Made by a program: the position numbers and the translations under genes. Below, one piece after another: positions 8,810-20,133 of a stretch of DNA of 64,000 nt. The stretch comes from Leptonemataceae bacterium (lineage in GTDB: Bacteria; Spirochaetota; Leptospiria; Leptospirales; Leptonemataceae), in the NCBI GenBank assembly GCA_965227295.1, contig OZ245742.1:384001-448000 (forward strand), written 5' to 3'. Position 1 is the first letter of the stretch. Each line of letters starts with the position of its first letter. The notes under the pieces are model-generated. The model did no database searches. It saw nothing but the letters and a program-made list of their open reading frames with translations, and was not told where the DNA came from.

Positions 8810-10445
8810 TTAATCTACACTCTCCGGAAGTTTGCCGCTGCGCGCGATCTCCGAGTACAACCGCGCCGAATCCCGCACCCGGCGTGCCTGGGTCACGAAA
8901 TCCACCTCCACGAGACCGAAGCGCGCCGTGTAACCTTCGGCCCATTCGAAGTTATCCAGAAACGACCAGTGATAATAACCTTCCACGTTGACGCCCTCGT
9001 TCATGGCCCGGCGGACGGCGTTCAGGTGATCGACGATGTACCGGCCGCGAAAGGTGTCCGCCGCGTCCGCCGTGCCGTTTTCCGTAATGCGAATCGGCAG
9101 ACCGTAGCGGCTGTGCAGATCTTTCAGAATGCGATACAGGCCCTCCGGATAAATTTCCCAGCCGAGATCGTTCTTCGGCCCGCGCGGATTCGTTTCCACT
9201 TCGATGAACAGAGTCTGCGGTTTCCAGAGCTTGAACGACACCAGATCGCGCGTATAGTAGTTGAGTCCGAAGAAATCCCAGGCTCGGCCTTCGTGCAGTT
9301 GTTCGCCGGAACCGAGGGGCGGCAGCAGACGCCCGCTGTGAATGCAATCCGACACCAGGCGGTTCATGCGATAGTCCGCGGAGTTCGCACGGTCCACGTC
9401 CAGTCGGCGCGCGGCGTTTTTCGGATCGCTGATGCGCATATGCTTGGCGATGCTGACTTTCGGCGACTTCCAGTTACGGCGCGCGTGGGTTTCGTGGATC
9501 AGATCATACAAATAAAAATGCGCCATCACGAGCGATCGTTGCACGCGTATGGACGCCGCGTAGCCGGAAAGACCCGACTTCGCCGGCGGCCACTCGCCGT
9601 ACAGATAACTCAGGAACGCGTAGACGTTCGGCTCGTTGATGGTGATGTACTCGTCTACGATGTCGCCAAGCCCTTCGACAATGAAGCGCGCGTAGGCGTA
9701 GAACTCCGCCAGGTTCTCTTCGCGCTCGAAGCCGCCCTTTGCGAGCCACCACTGCGGCAACGTAAAGTGATGCAGCGTGAGCAGCGGGCGAATGCCCTTG
9801 CGCCGTAGCGACGCGATCATCTCTCGCACGTGATCCAGCGCCGCCGTGTCGAAGGGGGCGCCCTCTTCCGGCTGGAAACGCGACCAATCCACGCCGAAAC
9901 GATACGCGTTCAAACCCAGTTCGCGCATGATGCGATAGTCGTCTTCGTAACGATTCCAGTGGTCGCAGGCCGGATCGCAGGAGGAACCGTCGAGGATGCG
10001 GCCAGGCTGCGTGCAGAAGTGATACCAGTCCGACGCGCGATCGCCGCCGTCGATCTGCGTGGCCGAGGTGGCCGTGCCCCATAGAAAATCGATGGGGAAA
10101 CGCTTCGTCGTCGACGGGGCAGGCGAAGTTCGCGGCGCCGGACGGACGGGGACTCGCGCCGCGGGGGGAGCGCGGCGCCGGACGGACGGGGACTCGCGCC
10201 GCGGGGGGAGCGGTGCCGGCCGGTGATTCGGGTGCCGCGGGCGCCGCACTTTTTTTCGAACGTTTCGCCGGCGTTTTCTTCGAAGAAGTAGACGCGCGCT
10301 TTTTGGACGCCGTCTTTTTTGCGCTTTTCTTCGCGGTTTTCACTGACTTTGCCGCGCCGGTCTTTTTCGCTGTTTTCGCCGCGGACTTTTTCGCGGATTT
10401 CGTGGAAGATTTTTTGGCTGATTTTTTGGCCGCTTTCTTTGCCAT
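8810..10445 (-). pseudogene. GH1 beta-glucosidase with a Lys/Ala-rich histone-like N-terminal tail, frameshifted by a 40-bp tandem duplication
   Basis: GH1 motifs FLWGTATSATQIDG, TINEP (acid/base), ITENG (nucleophile) and DNFEWAEG are intact. The MAKKAAKK... frame from ATG 10445 is out of frame with GH1; deleting one 40-bp copy joins them into a 531-aa ORF. Confidence 0.8.
10131..10212. repeat. Perfect 40-bp direct tandem repeat (2 copies)
   Basis: cgcggcgccggacggacggggactcgcgccgcggggggag at 10131-10170 and again at 10171-10210. Confidence 0.95.
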
Positions 10446-10476
10446 GGAGTACTGCTTTTTTCGAGCACCGCCAGAA

Positions 10477-11205
10477 ATGCAATCGCTTCGACATTTTGTA
10501 TCGCGTCTTCCCGCTCCCGCCCTCGCCGCCGGCCTGGCATTCTTCCTCGGCCTGAGCGGATTCGCCTCCCTGCCGGGCGAACCCTACGTGGTTCGCAAGA
10601 TTCCGCCGGACCGCGCCGCGTGCGAGAGACTCTACGAGCACCAGCTCAAACTCCTCCGCGAGGATCCGGACAATCCGTTCTACGCCTCGGTGAACCTGAA
10701 CATCGAAGCCCTGCAAAACGAGGCCAGCCGCGAGGCGGAAGTCAAGCATTGCATCGAACGCACGAGCATCGACAGCTATAACTGTCAGTTCAACGCGAAG
10801 TCCTTCGCGGAGTTGGTCCAGTGTCGCGGCAAGTTTCCGGACCGGCAAAACAACGAGGAGTCGAAACAGCCGGAAACGGACCAACCCACGGGCGTCGAGG
10901 TGGATCGCACGCCCGAAAAACAGAACGGCGGTGCTGAGACCATGCCCACGGGACGCTTCACTGTCAACGCAACGAACTGCGACCGCGCCTACGATCACAT
11001 GTACCGCGTCATCACGGCCAGCGCGAAGTTCAACGAACGCAAAGACCGCGAACGATTGCTGAAGTACTGGGAATCCGGCGAAGCGAAAAACAGCTTCCGG
11101 CAACGCTGCCTTTCCGACTTTCAGCCTTCCGATCTCGGCTGCCTCATCGCCACGAAAGATCCGGATGTATTGCAGGGATGCCTGCTGGTAATTCCACCCC
11201 GCTAA
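10477..11205 (+). CDS. Secreted protein with two four-cysteine helical repeats
   Basis: Start MQSLRHF followed by a hydrophobic signal. Repeats CERLYEH..C..C..C and CDRAYDH..C..C..C. Confidence 0.7.
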   Translation: MQSLRHFVSRLPAPALAAGLAFFLGLSGFASLPGEPYVVRKIPPDRAACERLYEHQLKLLREDPDNPFYASVNLNIEALQNEASREAEVKHCIERTSIDSYNCQFNAKSFAELVQCRGKFPDRQNNEESKQPETDQPTGVEVDRTPEKQNGGAETMPTGRFTVNATNCDRAYDHMYRVITASAKFNERKDRERLLKYWESGEAKNSFRQRCLSDFQPSDLGCLIATKDPDVLQGCLLVIPPR

Positions 11206-11346
11206 AATTACATTTCGTAACACTTGTATTGTCGCCGGAGATGTTTCGTCTTCGGTGGCGCTGCGTCGCGCTCTTCTTTCAGAAAAAACGTCGCCGGTTC
11301 TGCGGAGGCCTCAGACCCTCGCACTGTTTTAGTCCCGGAGAGACGC

Positions 11347-12690
11347 ATGGAAAAACGCACACTCAACACAGCCCGGATGATTGCCTACGCCGCCGGCGGC
11401 GTCGCGATGAATCTTACCGATCTAATCATCTCTCAGTGGTTGCTGTTTCGTTATCTTCCCGAAAAGAGCGGGGACCCGTTGATTCAGGGCCTCGTATTCG
11501 GCGGCGTTACGTTAACCGCATCCGTGACGTTCAGTCTCTTCTTTTCTCTGGGACGCATCACCGACGCCATCACGGACCCCCTTGTCGGTTACTGGAGCGA
11601 TCACCTCGTTTCGAAACGCGGCCGGCGCATCCCGTTCATTCTCTACGGCGTCGGCCCGTTCGCCCTGGTGTTCTTCTTGATGTGGACGCCCCCCACCGAC
11701 GGCCCGAGCACCATCAACGCCATTTTCGTCTTTGTGCTGATCCAGGCCTACTTCGTTCTATATACGATTGTGATTGCTCCGTATCTCGCGTTGATTCCGG
11801 AGATTGTCTCCGAACCGAAACAACGCGTGAACCTCACGACGCTCCAGGCGGTCTTCGTTCTCGTAAGCACGCTCATGTTCGGCGCGAGCGGTTTGATCAT
11901 CAGCGTTTTCGGCTGGACCGTCATGGCCGCTTCGGTGGCCATTCTGGCGGCCGTGGCCCTGGTTCCGACTTTGCTGTTCATTCGCGAACCGGAGGCCCAC
12001 CGCCCCGTGGAACGCGAGCCGCTGCAGATCTTTCGCTGGATCGGCATGACCCTCAAGAATCCGGCGTTTTTGCCGGTGGCGCTGTCGACGTCGTCGTACT
12101 GGTTCGCCCTGAATACGCTGATCATGCTCGTGCCGTTCTGGGTGAAGGGTTATCTCGGCCTGGAAGAAGATGCGGCGACGATCGTGATGCTTCCGTTCCT
12201 CGGGACGAACCTGATCTTCTTCTTCGTTTTCAACTACGCCGCGAAACGTTTCGGCAAGTATCCCGCGTTCCTGGCCGTGTTTCTGGGCACGGCCGCGCTG
12301 GCCCCGCTCTTCTGGGTGGTCGGCGAGGGCATTCTGCCGGGCTCACCGCTCATGCAGACAGCAGTGGTCATGGGCCTGATCGGCATCCCCGCCGCCGGTT
12401 ACATGATGTTGCCCTTCGCCATCCTGGCCGACGTCATCGACTTCGACGAAACCCTCACCGGCAAGCGGCGCGAGGCGATCTTCTTCGGCACTCAGGCCAT
12501 CTTTCAAAAATCGGCCATTGCCCTGTCTATTGCGGTCTTCGGCGTTGTCGCCTACCTCGGCGGAGACGGGACTTCCGTAACCGCGTACGGACTAAAGTTA
12601 GAGGCGGGCATCGCCGGCGCCATGTGTCTGCTCGGGGCGGTACTGTTCTTGAGGTATCCGCTGCGGGAGAACGGCGCCGGGGAGGCCTAA
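11347..12690 (+). CDS. MFS transporter, GPH/MelB (glycoside-cation symporter) type, copy 1
   Basis: GRITDAITDPLVGYWSD..GRRIPF, PYLALIPE, ADVIDFDE..GKRREAIFFG; about 12 TM helices. Confidence 0.9.
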   Translation: MEKRTLNTARMIAYAAGGVAMNLTDLIISQWLLFRYLPEKSGDPLIQGLVFGGVTLTASVTFSLFFSLGRITDAITDPLVGYWSDHLVSKRGRRIPFILYGVGPFALVFFLMWTPPTDGPSTINAIFVFVLIQAYFVLYTIVIAPYLALIPEIVSEPKQRVNLTTLQAVFVLVSTLMFGASGLIISVFGWTVMAASVAILAAVALVPTLLFIREPEAHRPVEREPLQIFRWIGMTLKNPAFLPVALSTSSYWFALNTLIMLVPFWVKGYLGLEEDAATIVMLPFLGTNLIFFFVFNYAAKRFGKYPAFLAVFLGTAALAPLFWVVGEGILPGSPLMQTAVVMGLIGIPAAGYMMLPFAILADVIDFDETLTGKRREAIFFGTQAIFQKSAIALSIAVFGVVAYLGGDGTSVTAYGLKLEAGIAGAMCLLGAVLFLRYPLRENGAGEA

Positions 12691-12775
12691 AAAAACCGGA
12701 ACGCCGTCTTAAAAATGATCGCACATTCACCGGAGGAAACGGAGGCTCGCTGAAAAAGTATTTCAGAGTGTCTCC

Positions 12776-14140
12776 ATGTCATCGCAGCTCACCTTCCCCC
12801 GCATGATCGCCTACGCCTCGGGCGGCGTGGCCATGAATCTCACGAACCTGGTCATTTCCCAGTGGCTGCTCATACGCTACGTCCCGGAGAAAGGCGGCGA
12901 TCCGCTCATCTCCGGCTTAGTATTCGGGGGGATGATCTTAACGGCGGCGGTGACGTTCGGCCTCTTCTTCGCGCTCGGTCGCATTACCGATGCCATCACC
13001 GATCCTCTGGTCGCTTACTGGAGCGATCATCTCGTTTCGAAACGGGGCCGGCGCATCCCCTTCGTGCTCTGGGGCACGCCGCCCTTTGCCATCGTCTTTT
13101 TCCTGATGTGGACGCCGCCCACGGCAGAGCCGTCGCTCACGAACGCGCTCTTCGTCTTTGTCCTCATCCAGGCATACTTCATTCTGTATACCATCGTCGT
13201 CGCGCCGTACCTGGCGCTCATTCCGGAGATCGTTGCCGACCCGAAGCGCCGCGTGAACCTGACGACGCTGCAGGCGATCTTTGTGATGATCGGCACGCTG
13301 CTCTTCGGTGCGAGCGGCGCCGTCATCGAAAACTTCGGCTGGACCGCCATGGCCGCGGGGGTGGCGATACTGAGCACGCTGACGTTGCTGCCCACGGTTC
13401 TGTTCATTCGCGAGCCGGAGTACACGCCGCCGCCGGAGGATCAACGGGAGCCGCTGCAAGTATGGCGCTGGATCAAACTTACGCTTGAGAACCCGGCCTT
13501 TCTTCCGGTGGCGCTGTCCACGTCGTGCTACTGGTTCGCTCTGAACACGATCATCGTTCTGATTCCGTACTGGGTCGAAGGCCATCTCGGCCTGGGCAAA
13601 GACTCGGCCACGGTGGTGATGCTTCCGTTCCTGGGCATCAACCTGGTATTCTTTTTCGTTTTCAACGTTCTCGCAAAACGACTCGGCAAGTACGCGGCGT
13701 TCATGGTCGTATTGATCGGCACGGGAGTGTGCGCGCCGCTGTTCTGGCTGGTGGGCGCGGGAGTGTTGCCGGGCTCTCCGCTCGTGCAAACGGCGCTGGC
13801 CATGGGCCTGATCGGCATTCCGTCGGCGGGTTTTATGATGCTCCCCTTCGCGATTCTTTCGGACGTGGCGGACTACGACGAAACCTTGACCGGCCGACGC
13901 CGCGAGGCGATCTTCTTCGGCACCCAGGCCATCTTTCAAAAATCGGCGATTGCGCTGAGCATTCCGGTGTTCGGCGCCCTGGCTTATTACGGCGGCGACG
14001 GAAGCGCCGTAACCGAAGGCGGCCTGAAGTTAGCGGCAAGCCTGGCCGGCGCGGCAAGTCTTTTGGGCGCGGTTACGTTCCGGAGGTATCCGTTGCGGGA
14101 GAGCGACGGCGGTGTGGTGGTGCGGGATTACGATAAATAG
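12776..14140 (+). CDS. MFS transporter, GPH/MelB type, copy 2 (close paralog)
   Basis: Same motifs as copy 1, with long identical stretches. Confidence 0.9.
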   Translation: MSSQLTFPRMIAYASGGVAMNLTNLVISQWLLIRYVPEKGGDPLISGLVFGGMILTAAVTFGLFFALGRITDAITDPLVAYWSDHLVSKRGRRIPFVLWGTPPFAIVFFLMWTPPTAEPSLTNALFVFVLIQAYFILYTIVVAPYLALIPEIVADPKRRVNLTTLQAIFVMIGTLLFGASGAVIENFGWTAMAAGVAILSTLTLLPTVLFIREPEYTPPPEDQREPLQVWRWIKLTLENPAFLPVALSTSCYWFALNTIIVLIPYWVEGHLGLGKDSATVVMLPFLGINLVFFFVFNVLAKRLGKYAAFMVVLIGTGVCAPLFWLVGAGVLPGSPLVQTALAMGLIGIPSAGFMMLPFAILSDVADYDETLTGRRREAIFFGTQAIFQKSAIALSIPVFGALAYYGGDGSAVTEGGLKLAASLAGAASLLGAVTFRRYPLRESDGGVVVRDYDK

Positions 14141-14142
14141 CA

Positions 14143-14682
14143 TCAGTTAGCGAGGGCCGCGACCGTGCTGAATTCACAACACAAGAACGCCCTCGTACTG
14201 TTGCAGAGAAAAGACGTCGGTCCGGTCGTGGTATTGAAAGCCGAGCCCGCGAGCACTGCACTGACGCTGGTCCAGCCGTTGCACTCCACCAGGCCGTTCG
14301 TCTGAGCTCCGACGTTGCCGGAAGAACCAAATCCTCCGATCCAGTACTCCCCGGAAGGGATCTTACCGAACTGCGCGTTCAGAACAACCTCGTTTGCCGT
14401 ACAAAGATGGGCCGTACTGCTGCCGGCACAGGCCGTCTGGCAAAGGCTGCGAACCGTCTCATAGCCGCCGGCACCACCGGAGAAACTGGCCGTCGATCCG
14501 CAAACGACTCCCGCCGTCAGGGACTGGGTGGCGGTCGATGTCGTGCTCTGAGCGACATAGCTCAGGAGACTCAAAGATGTCGCCAGAGGAACGGCCGGGT
14601 CCCGGTCAGTCTCCAGGTTGCAGCCGACGTTCAGCGTCAGGGCCACGGCGATTAAAAATGTCCAGCGGATGCTTGCTCTCAT
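14143..14682 (-). CDS. Cys-rich lipoprotein (DUF1554-like small domain)
   Basis: Lipobox LNVGC; Cys-rich domain ending CNSTRAFLCC. Confidence 0.65.
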   Translation of the reverse strand: MRASIRWTFLIAVALTLNVGCNLETDRDPAVPLATSLSLLSYVAQSTTSTATQSLTAGVVCGSTASFSGGAGGYETVRSLCQTACAGSSTAHLCTANEVVLNAQFGKIPSGEYWIGGFGSSGNVGAQTNGLVECNGWTSVSAVLAGSAFNTTTGPTSFLCNSTRAFLCCEFSTVAALAN

Positions 14683-14690
14683 AAAACCTC

Positions 14691-15590
14691 TTAGAAACCG
14701 AATCTAAATTCCAATAGATGCCTGCTCTCACTGACGAAAGGGTCGAAATCCGTCCGGAGTGTGGTACGCCAGGCATCGTCCCCGTCCCCCGCGGCAGTGT
14801 CGCTCATCGATCCCCCACCCACCAATCCGGCATCAATGATGTTCCAGACGTAGATGATACCCAGCAGGTACGATACGTTCTGCCTGTTTCGGCTGGCATT
14901 CAACCGGCGTACAAATTGATCTTCCTGTTCGACGAAAGCGAAGGCAGTCAGCGCGGGGGAAACTGCGAATGGTGCAAGAAGGCTCAATCGATGGACTGCC
15001 TCACGATAATCCCGGTCGGCCGAACGCACCTGCCGATCCGTGACGTAGAGGAGAGCAACGCTCAACAAAAAGCCGCCGCCGAATACGCCGGCGCGGGTGC
15101 CCGATTCTTTGTAGTACTGGCCCCAGCCCGGCACAAGCGCACTACGCCATGCCGGACCGAACTGAAACGATCCCGGGTCGTAGACCCATTCCGTTCTGTT
15201 GGCTTCCGTCTCTCTGCCGGCCTGACGGGCTGAATCCCGGGCGACCCTTCGCTCGCGCAATTCTTGCTGCTCGGCGAGGGTCATAATGCGCGCCAGGGTT
15301 TCGTCGATACGATCGGCCGACGCGGTCAACGTCTTCACGGCTTCCAGGCGCTCTTCATTCGTCGCGTACTCGTAAAGGACTTCACGAACGCCGGATCGGG
15401 GCAGCTTGCGAACACCGGATCGTGTACGGATGCTGATGGAAAGCCCGTCTTCGCTGATGATCTGTCCGTCGTAGACAACATCATCCTTCATCAGGATGAC
15501 GTCTGCCCTCAGGCCTGTCCTCGGCGACACTGCGGCCAGGACCATCGCCGTCACCACGAGAGTCGCGGGCCCCGTGAATCCGACCTTCAT
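14691..15590 (-). CDS. LA_0442/LA_0875-type N-terminal domain plus DUF5683-like protein
   Basis: ADVILMKDDVVYDGQII N-domain; AWRSALVPGWGQYY and YVWNIIDA motifs. Confidence 0.7.
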   Translation of the reverse strand: MKVGFTGPATLVVTAMVLAAVSPRTGLRADVILMKDDVVYDGQIISEDGLSISIRTRSGVRKLPRSGVREVLYEYATNEERLEAVKTLTASADRIDETLARIMTLAEQQELRERRVARDSARQAGRETEANRTEWVYDPGSFQFGPAWRSALVPGWGQYYKESGTRAGVFGGGFLLSVALLYVTDRQVRSADRDYREAVHRLSLLAPFAVSPALTAFAFVEQEDQFVRRLNASRNRQNVSYLLGIIYVWNIIDAGLVGGGSMSDTAAGDGDDAWRTTLRTDFDPFVSESRHLLEFRFGF

Positions 15591-16564
15591 TCTTCCAGTA
15601 CCTTTGTTCTGAGAATGTCTCGCTTATCGAGAGTGATTCGCCGACCGCTTCTCGTCTCAATCGTCAACGTCGCCCCGTCCCCCTGAATGACACGGCCGAC
15701 TTCCCGGCTCCCGTCCCGGAGTTCGAAGCTCTGCCAGATCATCAGCGTCGCGCTGTCCGACAATCGCCGGGCTTCCGGGCTGCCGGCCGGAACCAGTTTC
15801 CGTCCCCGCAGAGCAGCGGCGTCGAAGGCGACCTGAGCCGGCGCGGAAAAAGAAGCACGCCTCGTTCGACCGTCCGGCAATCGATGCAGAAAATCGACGG
15901 AGCCTTCATGCAGGGTGAAGCTGCCGTAGCCGGGCCGGTAGTCCACGCTGAAGTTCGTCCCCGTGACACGCAGGTCCCCCAGGGTATGGATAAGTCGAAT
16001 ATCCACGGGAGCATGGAAGTGCAGATCCGCCAGGAAATACGGAGTCACAATGTCTACGGCCCCCGGCGATCGGTCGGACCCAACAATCACGCCGATACCG
16101 CGATGCATTTGAATCGAGCCGGCCGCCCCTTCCATAAGGGTCGGCCCGAAGATCGTCTCGTAGCCCCGGACCGGGCGGAGAGGCAGCACCGGACTCACGG
16201 TGGTCAGCACACGATCGTCCTGGATGAGTGCCGGAAGCCCCAGCCAGAGCGTGACGCTGACGAGAGCGGCAGCCGCAAGGCCCAGCAAAGGGCCACGAAG
16301 AAAAACACGCGAAGCCGGCAAACCCGTCGCGCTCCGTTCCCGGCGCCCGGCCAGGACACTCAAGGCCTCACCTGGAGGAAAGATCCCCAGGCGTTGATGA
16401 AAGCGAAACTCACGCCAGGCGACCTCCATGAGGCGCTCGACTTCGTCGTCGCTGTTCGCGCGCCCGGCACCGGCGGGAGAAACCTCCAGGTGCTGCAGAA
16501 GTCGAATGCGCTCCCGGCGGGACAGGTTCCGCAGCCTGCGTATATCCTCCGATTCGATTTTCAT
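15587..16564 (-). CDS. FecR-like anti-sigma membrane protein
   Basis: Single TM, FecR-like LRVTGTNFSV..LHEGSV; overlaps the sigma gene by 4 bp. Confidence 0.7.
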   Translation of the reverse strand: MKIESEDIRRLRNLSRRERIRLLQHLEVSPAGAGRANSDDEVERLMEVAWREFRFHQRLGIFPPGEALSVLAGRRERSATGLPASRVFLRGPLLGLAAAALVSVTLWLGLPALIQDDRVLTTVSPVLPLRPVRGYETIFGPTLMEGAAGSIQMHRGIGVIVGSDRSPGAVDIVTPYFLADLHFHAPVDIRLIHTLGDLRVTGTNFSVDYRPGYGSFTLHEGSVDFLHRLPDGRTRRASFSAPAQVAFDAAALRGRKLVPAGSPEARRLSDSATLMIWQSFELRDGSREVGRVIQGDGATLTIETRSGRRITLDKRDILRTKVLEE

Positions 16565-17106
16565 TCACCGAAATCCTCGAGATAATTCGAAAACACTTCT
16601 TCGATTTTCGTCAGGGCGCGCTTCATGCGGGTATGCGCATTCGTAACCGATATATCGAGCATTTCGGAGATCGTTTTGTAGTCGTATCCTTGAATGCGTA
16701 GCTTCACGACGATCGCGTAATGTTCGGGGAGTTTTTGCAGCAGGCGATAGAATTCCGCGCGCCGCTCCTCAACCAGGAGCAGCGTCTCGGGATCGGGACG
16801 CGCGTCGCGTGGATCCACCGCGTCTACGTCGGCCTGTCGAAAGATTCCCTGTTGCGCATAGCGGCGCTTCTCATAGCCGCTCTTGTTTCTGAGTATGTCG
16901 TAAAGCCACGAGCGAGGACGACCTCGATCAATGTACTCGTCGAATCGCTCCCACGCGATTTCGAAGCATCGGTCCAGAATGTCTCGCAGATGATCGAAGG
17001 GAAAGCGCAGAGATCTCAGGAAGTTGTACGCGGAATCGTAAGAGTCCTCGTAAAAGCGAGAGAACTCATGCAACCGCTCTTTGTTTGAATGTGATCCCTC
17101 CTTCAT
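16561..17106 (-). CDS. ECF RNA polymerase sigma factor
   Basis: Region 2 RSWLYDILRN; region 4 LPEHYAIVVKLRIQGYDYKTISEML...TRMKRA. Confidence 0.85.
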   Translation of the reverse strand: MKEGSHSNKERLHEFSRFYEDSYDSAYNFLRSLRFPFDHLRDILDRCFEIAWERFDEYIDRGRPRSWLYDILRNKSGYEKRRYAQQGIFRQADVDAVDPRDARPDPETLLLVEERRAEFYRLLQKLPEHYAIVVKLRIQGYDYKTISEMLDISVTNAHTRMKRALTKIEEVFSNYLEDFGE

Positions 17107-17285
17107 TCAAACTGAGCTTTATTCGTCCGAATCATTTCGGGTCAAGAACTTTCGCAAGCCGGTATCCCCGGGCATTTTTTCCGGGCCGGATTTTTTTTCT
17201 GCGAAGCGCCAGATTTCTCCTCACCCGACCATATATGTCTACCAGAGGCCGCTGCGTGCGGCAACTAAGATTTCAGGAGAATCAT

Positions 17286-17663
17286 ATGAAAACTAAACTA
17301 TTCGCCGTTTTGGTCGTAGTCGCCGGACTTACCGGAGCACTGCATGCCGGCAACACCGACGTGTCTTTCTGGCAGGCGGGAAAGACCGGCATTGCTCTCA
17401 CACACCTGGGCTCCGGCAGTCAAACGTGTTCCATTTTCTATTACGACACGCTCGGATCCCTCGTCGGTACGGACTCGGTTACCCTGAGCGCACCGCGGGC
17501 GTCTCTCTGGCGTACCCCGGCGAACGCTTCGCCTTCGGTAACCTCCGGCTGGGGCAGCGCACGCATCGAGTGTCCCTCCGCCGCGATTGCCCACAGCTAC
17601 TACTACGACGGCAGCGGGCAACACGGAGAGGCTATCGTCATCAACGGCGGGAATCCGTTCTGA
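17286..17663 (+). CDS. Small secreted beta-rich protein
   Basis: AGGAG Shine-Dalgarno before ATG 17286; signal peptide MKTKLFAVLVVVAGLTGALHA; two Cys. Confidence 0.7.
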   Translation: MKTKLFAVLVVVAGLTGALHAGNTDVSFWQAGKTGIALTHLGSGSQTCSIFYYDTLGSLVGTDSVTLSAPRASLWRTPANASPSVTSGWGSARIECPSAAIAHSYYYDGSGQHGEAIVINGGNPF

Positions 17664-17685
17664 TTCCGCACGGCAAGGTGTCCGT

Positions 17686-17886
17686 ATGAATGCTTGCAAA
17701 CAAATCGTGCTCATCCTTGCCCTGGCGGCAGCCGCGACAATGGCGTGCGCCAATCACGGCCAGGGTGACCGGGCGCCGACGGCTCCGACTTCGGAGACTT
17801 TTGATTCGCCGATTGCCGAAGGGTTGGCCCGCCATCTGTCGATCACTCCGGCATCGCAGTGCCGGCCAAACGAGAGCTGTTTATAA
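17686..17886 (+). CDS. Small putative lipoprotein (66 aa)
   Basis: Hydrophobic signal ending TMAC; C-terminal CRPNESC. Confidence 0.5.
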   Translation: MNACKQIVLILALAAAATMACANHGQGDRAPTAPTSETFDSPIAEGLARHLSITPASQCRPNESCL

Positions 17887-17985
17887 GCGATAGACACACC
17901 TGCGGCGCCCCGGGGCACGAAAGTGTTCCTGGGCGTTTATCGTTCCTGGACGGCGCGGCAGTCGGACGCATACGCGAGTCCATCT

Positions 17986-19920
<1,935 letters not shown>

Positions 19921-19970
19921 TTAAGTTACGGGAAGCGGAAGCAGTACATCGCGGACACAATGCAGCAGAC

Positions 19971-20087
19971 TCGCTTCCCTTCACCGGTAGTACCGGCCAG
20001 GTTCGAGGGCTCCTCCGTGCGTCCGCGCTGCAAGATGATGCGCATGATAACGAAGTCTCAGGCCGTTGCCGCGGCCACACCCAGCGA
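19971..20087 (-). promoter_or_regulatory. TPP riboswitch (atypical P4/P5 arm) upstream of thiC
   Basis: Minus strand reads UCGCU GGGUG..CUGAGA..GCCC UCGAACCUG G CCGG UACUA CCGG UGAAGGGA AGCGA. P1 is UCGCU/AGCGA; it lies 90 nt upstream of thiC. Confidence 0.8.
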
Positions 20088-20133
20088 TGCGATCATTCTG
20101 CGCACGCCAGGCGCAAACGTAAACACAAAAATC

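Noticed and set aside
10131-10212. Possible CRISPR repeat
   Set aside because: The two copies are adjacent with no spacer, and there are no cas genes.
9504-10445. Stand-alone 313-aa histone-like gene
   Set aside because: Everything after the 40-bp repeat is out-of-frame GH1 sequence; the frameshifted fusion explains it better.
10213-10476. N-terminal extension of ORF 10213-11205 (FFAVF...)
   Set aside because: It is the antisense of the Lys-rich tail; the plausible start is ATG 10477.
17158-17200. ccggg/T-tract palindromic stretch between the divergent sigma gene and the small secreted gene
   Set aside because: It could be a promoter or operator, but no consensus can be supported from one instance.
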